Numbered from the stretch's first letter, positions 44,446 through 54,887 are shown. The stretch: DNA of 64,000 bases from Anaerolineae bacterium (GCA_038214535.1 JBBQRS010000009.1:4176-68175), one strand, 5' to 3'. The notes: generated from the sequence alone by a model not told the origin. Made by a program: numbers and translations.

Positions 44446-45932
44446 ATCCGCATCTCGTCCTGTTGCCCATCCTGATTCCGCTTGCGGGGACGCCGGTAGC
44501 TCTGCTGCTGCGCCGGCGACCGCGCGCGCAATCGGCATGGGCGTTAGGCGTGATGCTCACCACGCTGCTGGTCAGTCTCCGGCTGCTCGGGGTGATCTGG
44601 AGCGGCGGCCAACCTGTCACCTTCCAGCTTGGCGGTTGGCCTGCGCCCTTCGGCATCACCCTGATGGGTGACCTGCTTGGCGTGACGATGACGGTGATGT
44701 CCGCGCTGGTGCTGGGCCTGGGTCTCGTCTATGCGGCGGGTTGCGGCGACCGCTGCATCACCTACCCGCATTTCTACCCGCTTTTCCTGGCCCTGGCCGC
44801 CGGGCTGATCGGCATCTTCCTGACCGGCGATATCTTTAACATGTTTGTCTTTGCCGAACTGCTGGTGATCTCCGGCACAGCGCTGACGGCCATCTCCGAT
44901 GACCCAAACGGAACCGAGGCGGCCTACAAATACTTCTTCATGAGCCTGCTGGCGTCCATCTTCCTGCTGATCGCGATGGGTAGCCTCTACGTGGCCTACG
45001 GCACGCTGAATATGGCCGACCTGGCGCAGCGTATTGCCGCCGAACCGGCCCGCCAGCCCGCGCCGCTGGCGATGGCGCTGCTTTTCGCCTTCTTCATGGT
45101 GAAGAGCGCCGTCGTGCCGTTCCACTTCTGGCAACCCGATTTTCACGCCGCCTCGCCGACGCCGGTGAGCGCGATGCTCTCATCGGTGGTGGTCAAGGTC
45201 GGCGTTTACGGCTTCATCCGCATGACGACGCTGTTGTTCGTCCCGGTGGCCGCGCCGCTTAAGACGGCCCTCATCGTACTCGGTGTGGTTGGCGTGATTT
45301 TTGGTGGGTTCACGGCGCTGGGCGCAACCCACGCCAAGCGGATGTTGGCCTACTCGACGCTGGGGCAGGTCGGCTTTATCCTCGTCGCTATCGGCTGGGG
45401 CACGCCGGCCGCGCTGACGGCGGCGATCATCCTGACCTTCAACCACAGCCTGATTAAGGCGGCCATGCTGATGCTGGCGGGCGCAGTCGCCAGCCGCGCG
45501 CCGGTGAAGTCCGCGTCCTTCGATGTGATCACCGGGATGGGCAAGGCCATTCCCTTCGGGGGGGTGTTGTTCTTCATCGGCGCGCTGGCGCTGGCCGGCG
45601 TGCCGCCCACCAACGGTTTCGTGGGCAAGCTGACGCTGTTCGGCAGCGGCATCCAGGCGCAAGCCTACCCGGCGCTCCTACTGATCGGCGTCTTCAGCAT
45701 CATGACGCTGATGTACGTCATCCGCGCGTTCCAGGTCATCTGGTGGACGCCGCCCGCCGAGGGCCAAAAAGCCAAATCGAAGGGCGATGCGTTATTGGCC
45801 CCGGCGATTCTGATCGGCCTGTGCGTGTTGCTGGGCCTGTGGAGTGAACCGCTGGCGCGCCTGGCTGTGGATATCGCCGGATCGGTGGGAAATCCGGCTC
45901 TGTACATCCTGACCGCCCTGGGAGGGAGATAG
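44442..45932 (+). CDS. mrpD: Na+/H+ antiporter subunit D (NuoN/M-like).
   Basis: 496-aa multi-TM protein of proton-pumping subunit type. Confidence 0.85.
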   Translation: MNPHLVLLPILIPLAGTPVALLLRRRPRAQSAWALGVMLTTLLVSLRLLGVIWSGGQPVTFQLGGWPAPFGITLMGDLLGVTMTVMSALVLGLGLVYAAGCGDRCITYPHFYPLFLALAAGLIGIFLTGDIFNMFVFAELLVISGTALTAISDDPNGTEAAYKYFFMSLLASIFLLIAMGSLYVAYGTLNMADLAQRIAAEPARQPAPLAMALLFAFFMVKSAVVPFHFWQPDFHAASPTPVSAMLSSVVVKVGVYGFIRMTTLLFVPVAAPLKTALIVLGVVGVIFGGFTALGATHAKRMLAYSTLGQVGFILVAIGWGTPAALTAAIILTFNHSLIKAAMLMLAGAVASRAPVKSASFDVITGMGKAIPFGGVLFFIGALALAGVPPTNGFVGKLTLFGSGIQAQAYPALLLIGVFSIMTLMYVIRAFQVIWWTPPAEGQKAKSKGDALLAPAILIGLCVLLGLWSEPLARLAVDIAGSVGNPALYILTALGGR

Positions 45933-46412
45933 ATGCAACGCGTTGTTGCCGGAGCGGGCCTGCTGGCGTTATATCTCGCCCTGACGAGCAATCTGACGCT
46001 ATCGAATATGATTGTCGGCGCCGTTGTGGCGGCGTTGATCGCCGCGCTCTTGCCGATCGAAGCGCGCCCCTTTGATCTGCGTCGGCTGGTGGTTGCCCTG
46101 GGTGCGGCGATCCTCTACGTCGGCGTCCTGATGCTGGATGTGGTCAAGAATGGCGTCACGATGGGCAGGCTGATCCTGAATCCGCGACTGCCGATGAACC
46201 CCGGCATCGTCGCCATTCCCGCCTGCTGTCAAAGTGAGTTGGCGACGGCCTTGAGCGCACATGCCATGACGGTCTCGCCGGGCGAGTTGGTGATCGGCAT
46301 TGACGCCGTGGGCGTGATGTACACGCATATCCTGGATGTATCCAAAGAGACCGAATACACCGAGGACGCAAGCGGTCGGCGCCGGAACCTGTTGAGCAGG
46401 ATTTTCCCATGA
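45933..46412 (+). CDS. mrpE: Na+/H+ antiporter subunit E.
   Basis: 159-aa protein with two TM helices at its position in the operon. Confidence 0.7.
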   Translation: MQRVVAGAGLLALYLALTSNLTLSNMIVGAVVAALIAALLPIEARPFDLRRLVVALGAAILYVGVLMLDVVKNGVTMGRLILNPRLPMNPGIVAIPACCQSELATALSAHAMTVSPGELVIGIDAVGVMYTHILDVSKETEYTEDASGRRRNLLSRIFP

Positions 46413-46684
46413 GCGCCGCCCTCTCATTCGTCCTGCACGCCGCCCTGATATTGCACATCGCGCTGATCGCGTTGTGCGTCTGGCGCGTCTGGCGCGGCGA
46501 AAACGTGATTGATCGCCTGATCGGCGCGGATCTGGTCGGCACGCTGATTCTCGGCATGTTGGTGATTATTGCCATGATCCGCGGCAACGCGCTCTACATT
46601 GACGTAGCCCTGGGGCTGGCGGCCCTGGGCTTCGTCAGCACCATCGCGCTCGCCAAATATGTCGCCGACGGGCGGATGTTCTGA
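46409..46684 (+). CDS. mrpF: Na+/H+ antiporter subunit F.
   Basis: 91-aa protein with three TM helices at its position in the operon. Confidence 0.7.
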   Translation: MSAALSFVLHAALILHIALIALCVWRVWRGENVIDRLIGADLVGTLILGMLVIIAMIRGNALYIDVALGLAALGFVSTIALAKYVADGRMF

Positions 46685-46691
46685 GGATGCC

Positions 46692-47048
46692 ATGACGACT
46701 TTGCTGCAAGCTTTCGCGATCCTCGCCATCATCACCGGCGCGGCGTTCTCCACCCTGGGCGTGCTCGGATATTATCGCCTGCCCGACGTCTATACCCGGC
46801 TACACGCCACGGGCAAGGTGAGCGTCTTCGGCGTGGTGTTGCTGGTGGTTGCCGCGGCCGTGCTGACCCCTCTGGGCTTCGGCAAGGGGCTGGTGCTGAT
46901 CTTCATGCTGGTGCTCGGCGGCCCCGTCGCATCACACGCCATCGCCTCGGCGGCGCATACCATCGGCATTCCCCTGGCGCGTACGACGCGTGACGATCTG
47001 GCCGTAGTTCAGGATGCCGCGCCATTCGACCCGGGGGCCGGTTCGTAA
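46692..47048 (+). CDS. mrpG: Na+/H+ antiporter subunit G.
   Basis: About 118 aa. 'MTTLLQAFAILAII...' TM helices. Last gene of the operon. Confidence 0.7.
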   Translation: MTTLLQAFAILAIITGAAFSTLGVLGYYRLPDVYTRLHATGKVSVFGVVLLVVAAAVLTPLGFGKGLVLIFMLVLGGPVASHAIASAAHTIGIPLARTTRDDLAVVQDAAPFDPGAGS

Positions 47049-47249
47049 CCTCCTCGGCGCCGCTGCGCATCTGACGCCATCTCGTGGCGTGCGCACTCCA
47101 CCGGGAACGTGGGGCCTGAATTGCAAACCGCCCTGCAAATTGTGTTCCCGCAAAGCGCTATGGTATCATCTTAATACTACAAGGGCCCCGGTTTGCCTGT
47201 CCGAAGCCGCGCCGGTAAATCCGCCTCCGCGGGCCCGCCAGGAGTTGCC

Positions 47250-49829
47250 ATGAAAGCGGTGGTGATGGCCGGCGGCGAGGGATCGCGGCTCCGCCCGCTG
47301 ACCCTCGAACGCCCCAAACCGATGCTGCCGGTGGTGAATCGCCCGGTACTGGGCCATATCCTCTACTTGCTGAAACAACATGGCATCGAGGACGTGGTGA
47401 TTACCGTGCAGTATCTGGCTGCCCAGATTCAGGATGCCTTCGGCGACGGCAAGGCGCTGGGCATGAACATCGAGTACGTGGTTGAAGAAACGCCCCTCGG
47501 CACAGCGGGCAGCGTGCGCCATGCGCGCCGTCTCCTACCCGCCAATGAACCGTTCCTGGTGATCAGCGGTGACGCGCTGACGGACTTCAACCTGACCGAT
47601 CTGATCGCGTTTCACCGCGATAACCGGGCATTGATTACCATCGCGCTTTACCGCGCCCCCGACCCGCTCGACTACGGCGTCATCAATGTGGATCGGGCGG
47701 GCCGCGTGACCCAATTTTTGGAAAAACCTGCGTGGCGTGAGGTCACGTCCGATACTGTCAATACCGGTATCTATGTGGTCGAGCCGGAGACGATTGACGC
47801 CATCGCCGCGGACCACCCGACGGACTGGAGCCAGGAAGTCTTCCCTGCCTTACTCGCCCAGGGGCGTCCGATATATGGCTATATCGCCAAAGGTTATTGG
47901 TGCGACATCGGCACGCTGGCCGAATATCGACGCGCCAATACTGATCTTCTCAGCGGGCTGTTGAACATGGGCGAATTGGGCAGGCGTATCGGCGCGGGGA
48001 TCTGGGCCGCCGGATCCGTGGACATCGCGCCCGACGCCGAGCTTTACGGACCCATTTACCTGGGCGATGAGGTGGATATTCGCAGCAAGGCGATGATTAA
48101 AGGCCCTGCCGTCATTCGCGATTATACGGTGGTTGATGAACAGGCGCAGGTGGACCGGTCCATCATCTGGCGCAACTGCTATATCGGCCCCAGAACTCAG
48201 ATTCACGGCGCCGTCATTGCGCGTCAGTGCAGCTTGAAGGCGGGCGCGTCCGTTTATGAGGGCGCCGTGATCGGCGACCGCACCTTGATCGGGCCGGGCG
48301 CGCTGATTCAGCCGGGCGTGAGAATCTGGCCGGGCAAGGAAGTGGAGAGCGGCGCCACGGTCAGCCGCAGCATCATCTGGGGTTCCTATGGGCGGCGTGC
48401 GCTTTTCGGGCGCTACGGCGTCACCGGCATCGTGAACGTGGATATGACGCCCGATTCGGTGGCCCGGCTGGGCGCGGCATTTGGCTCCGTGTTGCCCAAG
48501 GGGAGCACGGTGGTAGTGAACCGGGACCCGCATCGCAGTTCTCGGATGATCAAGCGTGCGCTTATTTCTGGCTTGCCTTCCGCAGGCAATAATGTGCTGG
48601 ATGTACGCACCGTGCCGATTCCCGTCGCACGCTACCAGATTCAGGCGGCGCGCGCGGCAGGCGGCGTCCACGTGCGCGTCTCGCCCTTCGATCCGCGTGT
48701 GGTGGATATTCGCTTTTTCGGCGCGGACGGGTTGAGCCTGACGCGCGAGCAGGAACGGGCCATCGAGCGGATCTACTTCCGCGAAGATTTCCGCCGGGCC
48801 TATATGGATGACATCGGCAATATCGAGTACGCGCTTGACGCCGCCGACGTCTATGCGCGCGGCTACCTGGACGCGCTTGACGCCGATGTGATTCGTGATG
48901 CGCACTTACGTATCGTGGTGGATTATGCCCACTCGCCCGCCGCTGACGTACTGACCGAAATCCTGGATGACCTCAACGTCGAGGTGGTGCCGTTGAACGC
49001 GCGCAGCGACCCCAACAAGATTTCGCTTGCGCCGGAAGAATTTCGCGCCGGGCTGCGTCAGCTTTCCCGTATCACCGGCGCGTTACAGGGCATTGATCTG
49101 GGCGTGCGGCTCGATGTGGGCGGTGAGCGGATATACATCGTGGATGACGTTGGTACGAACATCCCCGGGCCGGTCATGGCCGCGGCGATGGTCTCGCTGG
49201 TGTTCCAGACCCGGCCGGGCAGCCGTGTCGCGATCACCACGGATCAATCGCGCGTTTTCGAGCGGCTGGCGAAGCGCTATGGCGGATCGGTGCTGCGCTG
49301 CCCGGTGGATTTGCAGGCGCTGGCGCGTATCTCTGCGCGGGTTCAGGCCGATCTTGCCGCAGACAGCACGGGCAATTTCATCTTTCAGGAGTTGCATCCC
49401 GTCAACGATGGTCTTCTGGCCGTGGGCAAGTTATTGGAGTTCCTGGCGCGGCAAAAAATGCGACTGTCCGATGTGATTACCGGCTTGCCGCCGATTTTCA
49501 TCTCGTCGGGTAATGTGCCCGGCTTCTGGGAGACCAAGAGCCGGGTCATGGGCTGTCTGATGCAGCAACTCAGCAAGCTCGAGCACGAAACCATTGACGG
49601 CATCAAGATCAATCTCAACGACCACGAATGGGTCCTGATTCGGCCCGACGAAGAAACGGCGTCTTTCCACCTCATTGCCGAGGCCCGTTCCATCTCGGAC
49701 GCGCAGCAACTGATCGCCGATTATGGCGGGCTCGTCCAGACGCTGGTGCAGGAGCCTTGCCCCGACTCGCCGGAGCCGGCCGGCTTCGACAGCGAGTTCT
49801 CAGGTATATCGTATGAGGGTGCGGGTTGA
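47250..49829 (+). CDS. Bifunctional sugar-1-phosphate nucleotidyltransferase (with LbH) and phosphohexomutase, mannose-1-P guanylyltransferase/phosphomannomutase-like.
   Basis: N-terminal '[28 protein letters not shown]' NTP-transferase domain, a central left-handed beta-helix region, and a C-terminal ~450-aa PGM/PMM-like domain. Confidence 0.75.
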   Translation: MKAVVMAGGEGSRLRPLTLERPKPMLPVVNRPVLGHILYLLKQHGIEDVVITVQYLAAQIQDAFGDGKALGMNIEYVVEETPLGTAGSVRHARRLLPANEPFLVISGDALTDFNLTDLIAFHRDNRALITIALYRAPDPLDYGVINVDRAGRVTQFLEKPAWREVTSDTVNTGIYVVEPETIDAIAADHPTDWSQEVFPALLAQGRPIYGYIAKGYWCDIGTLAEYRRANTDLLSGLLNMGELGRRIGAGIWAAGSVDIAPDAELYGPIYLGDEVDIRSKAMIKGPAVIRDYTVVDEQAQVDRSIIWRNCYIGPRTQIHGAVIARQCSLKAGASVYEGAVIGDRTLIGPGALIQPGVRIWPGKEVESGATVSRSIIWGSYGRRALFGRYGVTGIVNVDMTPDSVARLGAAFGSVLPKGSTVVVNRDPHRSSRMIKRALISGLPSAGNNVLDVRTVPIPVARYQIQAARAAGGVHVRVSPFDPRVVDIRFFGADGLSLTREQERAIERIYFREDFRRAYMDDIGNIEYALDAADVYARGYLDALDADVIRDAHLRIVVDYAHSPAADVLTEILDDLNVEVVPLNARSDPNKISLAPEEFRAGLRQLSRITGALQGIDLGVRLDVGGERIYIVDDVGTNIPGPVMAAAMVSLVFQTRPGSRVAITTDQSRVFERLAKRYGGSVLRCPVDLQALARISARVQADLAADSTGNFIFQELHPVNDGLLAVGKLLEFLARQKMRLSDVITGLPPIFISSGNVPGFWETKSRVMGCLMQQLSKLEHETIDGIKINLNDHEWVLIRPDEETASFHLIAEARSISDAQQLIADYGGLVQTLVQEPCPDSPEPAGFDSEFSGISYEGAG

Positions 49830-49857
49830 CGCGATCTGCATAATCTGTCGCCCGGCC

Positions 49858-49886
49858 TTGCAACGACTTGCTTCGTTCACTTACAT
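49858..49886 (+). promoter_or_regulatory. Sigma70-like promoter: TTGCAA, 17-nt spacer, TTACAT.
   Basis: TTGCAA at 49858-49863 and TTACAT at 49881-49886, upstream of the phosphohexomutase gene with an AGAGG Shine-Dalgarno. Confidence 0.4.
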
Positions 49887-49908
49887 CACATCTTAGAGAG
49901 GCGATTTC

Positions 49909-51357
49909 ATGACCATTGAATTCGGCACCGACGGCTGGCGCGCCGTCATCAGCGATGAATTTACGTTTGATAACGTGCGGCACGTGGCCCAGGCCATCGC
50001 CGAAGTGTTGCTGGAAAAACAGGAGACGCCGGGCGAAGATCTCGCGATGGCGCCCCTCGCCGTGGTCGGCTTCGATACGCGGTTTCTCTCCGACCGTTAC
50101 GCCCTGGCCGTCAGCGAGGTGCTTGCGGCCAACGGCATTCGTGTGGCGCTGGCGAAGGCCGATGCGCCCACGCCGGTCATTTCCTATGCGATTCCCACAC
50201 TGGGCGCGGTCGGCGGCGTGATGATTACGGCCAGCCACAACCCGCCCCGCTACAACGGCATCAAGCTCAAGGCCGGTTACGGCGGCAGCGCCACCCCCAC
50301 CGATACGAAGCTGGTGGAAAAGCATCTGGCGGAGAATCTCGCCGCGGGCAAGCAACCGCAGCGCATGGGCCTGGAACGCGCACTCGTTGAAGGCTGGATC
50401 GAGCGTTTCGACCCGTTCCCCTCCTACCGGGAGCATCTGCACACCCTGGTGGATTTCGACGCGATCGGCGCGGCCAACCTGCGCATCGTCGTAGACGCGA
50501 TGTACGGCTCGGGGCGCGGATATCTGCGGGATCTGCTGCTCGAGGCGGGCGCAGAGGTGGTTGAGATTCGCGGCGAGATGAACCCCGGCTTCAACGGCAT
50601 TCACCCTGAGCCGATCGCCCGGCATCTCGTCCCGCTCATCGAAGAAGTGACCGGGGGCGACTATGACCTGGGGCTGGCGATGGACGGCGACGCCGACCGG
50701 ACAGGCGCCGTCGGGCCGACGGGGCGCTTCATTGATCCGCATGCTATCATGGCGCTGACCCTGCGTTTTCTGGTGGGCCGCGGCCAGACCGGCGCGGTCG
50801 TCAAGACCGTTTCCACCACCCAAATGCTCAACCGGCTGGCCGAGGTTTACGGCCTGCCGCTGCATGAAACCCCGGTGGGCTTCAATCACATCAGCGATCT
50901 AATGCTCAGCGGCGACGTATTGATCGGTGGCGAGGAATCGGGCGGTATCAGCATCAAGGGCCACATCCCCGAAGGGGACGGTGTGCTGATGGGGATGCTG
51001 ATGGCCGAGATGGTCGCGCGTTCCGGCAAGTCGCCGGAAGCGCTGCTGGACGAGGTGATGGCCGAAATCGGGCCGTTCTACTACGCGCGCAACGACTTTC
51101 AGGTGCGTCCGTTCAAGAAGGCGGCGTTGGTCGCCGATCTGGTCTCGCACGCGCCGGCGGAAATGGCGGGCATCCGCGTCGCGTCCGTCAACACGCTCGA
51201 TGGCGTCAAGTATCTGCTGACCGATAACAGTTGGCTGCTGATTCGCCCGTCGGGTACAGAGCCGGTCTTGCGGGTTTACGCTGAAGCGCGCAGCGCCGAA
51301 ACCGTCGAGAGTCTGCTGGCGCAAGGTCGCGCTCTGGCCGACGCCGCCGGCGTCTGA
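49909..51357 (+). CDS. Phosphoglucomutase/phosphomannomutase (alpha-D-phosphohexomutase).
   Basis: 'GGVMITASHNPPRYNGIKL' active-site Ser loop and 'GGEESGG' sugar-binding motif. Confidence 0.9.
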   Translation: MTIEFGTDGWRAVISDEFTFDNVRHVAQAIAEVLLEKQETPGEDLAMAPLAVVGFDTRFLSDRYALAVSEVLAANGIRVALAKADAPTPVISYAIPTLGAVGGVMITASHNPPRYNGIKLKAGYGGSATPTDTKLVEKHLAENLAAGKQPQRMGLERALVEGWIERFDPFPSYREHLHTLVDFDAIGAANLRIVVDAMYGSGRGYLRDLLLEAGAEVVEIRGEMNPGFNGIHPEPIARHLVPLIEEVTGGDYDLGLAMDGDADRTGAVGPTGRFIDPHAIMALTLRFLVGRGQTGAVVKTVSTTQMLNRLAEVYGLPLHETPVGFNHISDLMLSGDVLIGGEESGGISIKGHIPEGDGVLMGMLMAEMVARSGKSPEALLDEVMAEIGPFYYARNDFQVRPFKKAALVADLVSHAPAEMAGIRVASVNTLDGVKYLLTDNSWLLIRPSGTEPVLRVYAEARSAETVESLLAQGRALADAAGV

Positions 51358-51387
51358 CCCGTCGCTCACCCACAAGCTATAAAACCA

Positions 51388-51416
51388 AGCCGGCCCTCTT
51401 TGTGAGGGCCGGCTTC
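51388..51416. terminator. Bidirectional intrinsic terminator between convergent genes.
   Basis: Perfect stem AGCCGGCCCTC/GAGGGCCGGCT with a TTTGT loop, U-rich on both flanks. Confidence 0.65.
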
Positions 51417-51419
51417 TGA

Positions 51420-52745
51420 TTAACGCGCGATCTGCGGCAAGTGTAACTGGAAGGACTGCGCCCGGATCCCGTGTGGGCCGGGACCATCGGGCGTCCGGGT
51501 GTGGCAAACCGTGCACCGATTCGCCGCCCCGATAGCGAGGTTCACGCCCTGCAGATCCAGGAACTTGATGGCGTCATTCGGCTCGCGGCTGGGCGCGATG
51601 GCATGGGTGCTATCGTGGCATGCTTCGCAATATAACCCGCCATGTCCGCGCGATTGACGGTATAGCGGTTGATCCTGGGCATATTGTGCGCCGTGACAGT
51701 TTGCGCTGTCACAACGCGGCTCGTTCAGCCAGGGGTTCCGATTCTGACTCACGTGTTCCATGGAGCCGTGACAATCAACGCAGTCCATGCCGCGCTGCGA
51801 CATCACGTCGCGCAGGCATTTGGTCTGCGGCCCCGGATGGCAATTGTAGCAGCCGTCCTCATCGTTGCTGACTTTATCGGCGTGCTTCTCGTGCATGGCT
51901 TTTGAGAGATTTGGCACACCGGGCGCGCCCGGCGCGCCCAGGGCGTTGGATGCGTGACACTCGGCGCACAGGATGGGCGTGCGCCCTGTTAGTGGGCCGG
52001 TGTGCCCCGGCGGATACTCACCCTGATTCTCTTTGTCGTGCAGAGTCAGGATGTTCAACTCGACAGAACCAGTGGCGATGTCCTCTTGCATTCCGTCGGC
52101 GTGACAGAAATCGCAGCGCATTTCCGTAGAGACCGGGCTGACGGTGGTGGCTTGTGTCAGCATCTGGCCGGTGGCTGTATTTCTTACAGCGATGGTGGCC
52201 AATTGATACGGGTAGGGGGCCGGATGCGCGGGATTGGCCGCATAGTCGGCATCGCGAAACTCAGTGAGCGGAATCCCTTCGGCCACGAAGTAAGACTTGC
52301 CCGGCAAGAGGTCCATATCACCGCTCAGTCCATTGCCGGTGAGACCGACATTGGGCGGCAAGTCCACGCCGAACAGCGCAAGGTCGTATTGCCAGAAGTT
52401 GGACTTGCCGACAGAGAAGGTGTTTTCGGGGAAGCCGTAACTGATGGAGACGCCGTCTGTCACGATCACGGGTGGGTTGCCGCGCAGGACCACCTGCGCC
52501 CAGAGGTTATTGTAGGGCGGCAAGACCGCAAGATATCGGAAATCGCGGTTATAGCAGTGCATTCCCAGGTCGTTCCAGCTCAGGACAACGTAGTCATCCG
52601 TTGCCGGCGCAGATACATCGGGCGCAGCCGCCGCGGAGGATCTGTCGGCGGATAGTCCGAGGACGAGCGCTGCACTTAGCGCCAGCCCACAGATAGCAAA
52701 CAAGAGGAGTTGCGGTTTCGCTTGTCTGTTCACGTCTTCCTCCAC
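51420..52745 (-). CDS. Secreted multiheme c-type cytochrome with six canonical CXXCH motifs.
   Basis: CDFCH, CAECH, CYNCH, CVDCH, CEACH and CTVCH motifs. Signal peptide. GTG start inferred. Confidence 0.8.
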   Translation of the reverse strand: MEEDVNRQAKPQLLLFAICGLALSAALVLGLSADRSSAAAAPDVSAPATDDYVVLSWNDLGMHCYNRDFRYLAVLPPYNNLWAQVVLRGNPPVIVTDGVSISYGFPENTFSVGKSNFWQYDLALFGVDLPPNVGLTGNGLSGDMDLLPGKSYFVAEGIPLTEFRDADYAANPAHPAPYPYQLATIAVRNTATGQMLTQATTVSPVSTEMRCDFCHADGMQEDIATGSVELNILTLHDKENQGEYPPGHTGPLTGRTPILCAECHASNALGAPGAPGVPNLSKAMHEKHADKVSNDEDGCYNCHPGPQTKCLRDVMSQRGMDCVDCHGSMEHVSQNRNPWLNEPRCDSANCHGAQYAQDQPLYRQSRGHGGLYCEACHDSTHAIAPSREPNDAIKFLDLQGVNLAIGAANRCTVCHTRTPDGPGPHGIRAQSFQLHLPQIAR

Positions 52746-52923
52746 ATCTGAAACAGCATTCGTCCGCGCGCGCAGGACGCTGCAAGAAGCCGACCGGTGC
52801 GAGGCGGATAATCTTGAAAGCGAACGGAATGGCGTCTCCTTATGTTCGTGAGATCAGGATTTGTGCAGGTGGTAAGTCGCCTGATAGCTGGCAGCTACAT
52901 TATGCCTGTTATCATATATGGCG

Positions 52924-54759
52924 TCAAAGTCCCAATGCCGCCAACGTCTCGGACGAGGGCGCGCCGTCGGGGAGCCAGCCGCGCCCGGCGTAGTACTCCT
53001 CCAGGATCAGCGGCAGGTCGGGCAGGTTGCCTTCCGCGCCGCCGGAGGGTCGCGGTTGGGTGAGGATGCGCGGAGGCAGCGTGTCGTCTGCGCGCCGGAT
53101 GCCGTAACGGTTGTTGATCAGGCGCTTGAGGTTGAAGATGCGCGCGCCGGTGGTCAGCAACTCGTCGCCGGTGATGTTCCAGCCGGTCGCCACTCCGACG
53201 AAGCGGGCGACGTCATCCGGCGGGAGGCCCGTCTTGCCGATGAACTTGCATAGGCCCAGCGGGTTGTACGTCCCGAAGTAGTCTTGGAAGGCGATGGTCA
53301 CCGCGACCGCGCCGGGGCTGGCGAGCCGGTCGTGCGGGCCTTCTTGCCAGCCTGGGAATTCGATGCCGTAGCCGCGCCAGTAGGCGATAGACTCAAGGTG
53401 GCACGCGCCGCGCGCCGCGGTCGCATAGGTCGCGCCCATTGAGACGAAAGCTCGTGGATCATGATAGGGCAGCTCCATGCCCTTGACGTGGGCCGCGAAT
53501 TCGTCCGCGCCGCGGCCCAGATGCGCGGCCGCGGCGCGCGCCCCATCGGCCAGATACGCGCCCGCGCCTTCCCGTGCGGTGATGAGGTCGAGAAGCCGGA
53601 ACGCGCCGACAGGCTCACCCCATTCGAGCGCCACGCCGCCCGTATCCTCCGGGCCGATCAGCCCGCGCTCGAACGCCTCATAGGCGAACGCGATGACCGA
53701 CGAAGAGCTGATGGTGTCCAGCCCAGCGCGCGCACACAGATCGTTCAGCGCGGCGATGGAGGACAGATCGTCGTTCAGGAGTTGTGCGCCGAAACCGGCC
53801 AGCGTCTCATACTCCGGGCCTTCGCCGCGCACGCCCGCGTATGGCCCCTCGCGCACTTCGATCAGCTTGCCACACCCGATGGGGCACGCGTAACAGAAGG
53901 TGTGCTTGACCCACATCTGCTCGTGGATGGACGGGCCGGAGATTTTTTGCGCGCCCTCGGGCCATGAGCCGTCGCGCCAGTTGCGCAGCGGCAGGTCGCC
54001 CTTGCCCTCCGCGCCGACTACGCCGCCTGCTGTGCCAAAGTTGGACATCGGCATGGAATGCTCTTTGATGAAGGCATTATCCTCGCGCACGCGGTCGCGG
54101 AAGCCGGTGGGGTCGGCATAGACCGGTTTATCCCTCCCCCGGCAGACGATGCCCTTGACGTGTTTGCTGCCCAGCACCGCGCCCATGCCGCCGCGTCCCG
54201 CGGCGCGGCTGTGCTCACGCCCGCCCTGCATCACGTTGGCGAAGTGGACGAGGTTCTCGCCCGCGGGGCCGATGACCGCGGCGCGCGCCTTTGGGTCAGT
54301 TGCCGCCACCATCGCGTCGAACGCGTCGTAGGTGTCCATGCCCCATATCGCGGATGCGTCACGAATCTCGGCCATCTCGTCGTGGACGTAAAGATAGACC
54401 GGCTTCTCGGCGCACCCGATGATCACCAGCCCGTCCAGCCCGGCGAAGCGCAGTTCCGCGCCCCAGTGACCACCCATGTTCGACTCGTTCCAGATGCCCG
54501 TCAGCGGGCTACGACCACACCAGCTCGATCGACAGCCGGTAGGCGCAAATGTGCCGCTCATCAGGCCGTTGAAGATGTAGATGGGGCTGCGCGGGTCGAG
54601 CGGCGGCGAGTCGGGGTCCATCTCGCGGTGCATCAGCAGGGCCGCATATCCGCTACCCAGGTAGAAACGGCGGACGTCCTCGTCGGCGATGGTCTCGATG
54701 TGCTGCTCGCCGCTGGTCAGGTCAACCCGCAGATATTTCCCTGCATGAACATAGGTCAT
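52924..54759 (-). CDS. Tungsten-type aldehyde:ferredoxin oxidoreductase (AOR family), paralog 1.
   Basis: 'MTYVHAGKYLRVDLTSGEQ' AOR N-terminal domain. 611 aa. Cys-rich 4Fe-4S/pterin-binding region. Confidence 0.85.
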   Translation of the reverse strand: MTYVHAGKYLRVDLTSGEQHIETIADEDVRRFYLGSGYAALLMHREMDPDSPPLDPRSPIYIFNGLMSGTFAPTGCRSSWCGRSPLTGIWNESNMGGHWGAELRFAGLDGLVIIGCAEKPVYLYVHDEMAEIRDASAIWGMDTYDAFDAMVAATDPKARAAVIGPAGENLVHFANVMQGGREHSRAAGRGGMGAVLGSKHVKGIVCRGRDKPVYADPTGFRDRVREDNAFIKEHSMPMSNFGTAGGVVGAEGKGDLPLRNWRDGSWPEGAQKISGPSIHEQMWVKHTFCYACPIGCGKLIEVREGPYAGVRGEGPEYETLAGFGAQLLNDDLSSIAALNDLCARAGLDTISSSSVIAFAYEAFERGLIGPEDTGGVALEWGEPVGAFRLLDLITAREGAGAYLADGARAAAAHLGRGADEFAAHVKGMELPYHDPRAFVSMGATYATAARGACHLESIAYWRGYGIEFPGWQEGPHDRLASPGAVAVTIAFQDYFGTYNPLGLCKFIGKTGLPPDDVARFVGVATGWNITGDELLTTGARIFNLKRLINNRYGIRRADDTLPPRILTQPRPSGGAEGNLPDLPLILEEYYAGRGWLPDGAPSSETLAALGL

Positions 54760-54790
54760 CGAAAATCTCCAGATTTACCAAGAAGACACG

Positions 54791-54880
54791 AAGACACGAA
54801 GTTTTTTGCCACGAATTTCACGAATTGAGCGAATTTATGAAAGAATCTTTTTCAATTCGTATAATTCGTGAAATTCGTGG
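54791..54880. promoter_or_regulatory. AT-rich array of ACGAA(G) half-sites, including an 18-bp perfect inverted repeat, at the AOR1 promoter / AOR2 3' end.
   Basis: GACACGAA repeated twice in tandem. CCACGAATTTCACGAATT at 54809-54826 and AATTCGTGAAATTCGTGG at 54863-54880. ATTCGT repeated three times at 8-9 bp spacing. Confidence 0.5.
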
Positions 54881-54887
54881 CTCCTTT

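Noticed and set aside
49672-50889. 405-aa minus-strand ORF.
   Set aside because: It is antisense to the phosphoglucomutase gene, which has a clear TASHNP motif.
54809-54880. 18-bp inverted repeat downstream of AOR2 considered as a rho-independent terminator.
   Set aside because: The stem is followed by an A-tract rather than a U-tract in the transcript orientation and the loop is 36 nt. Protein-binding or array structure is more plausible than an intrinsic terminator.
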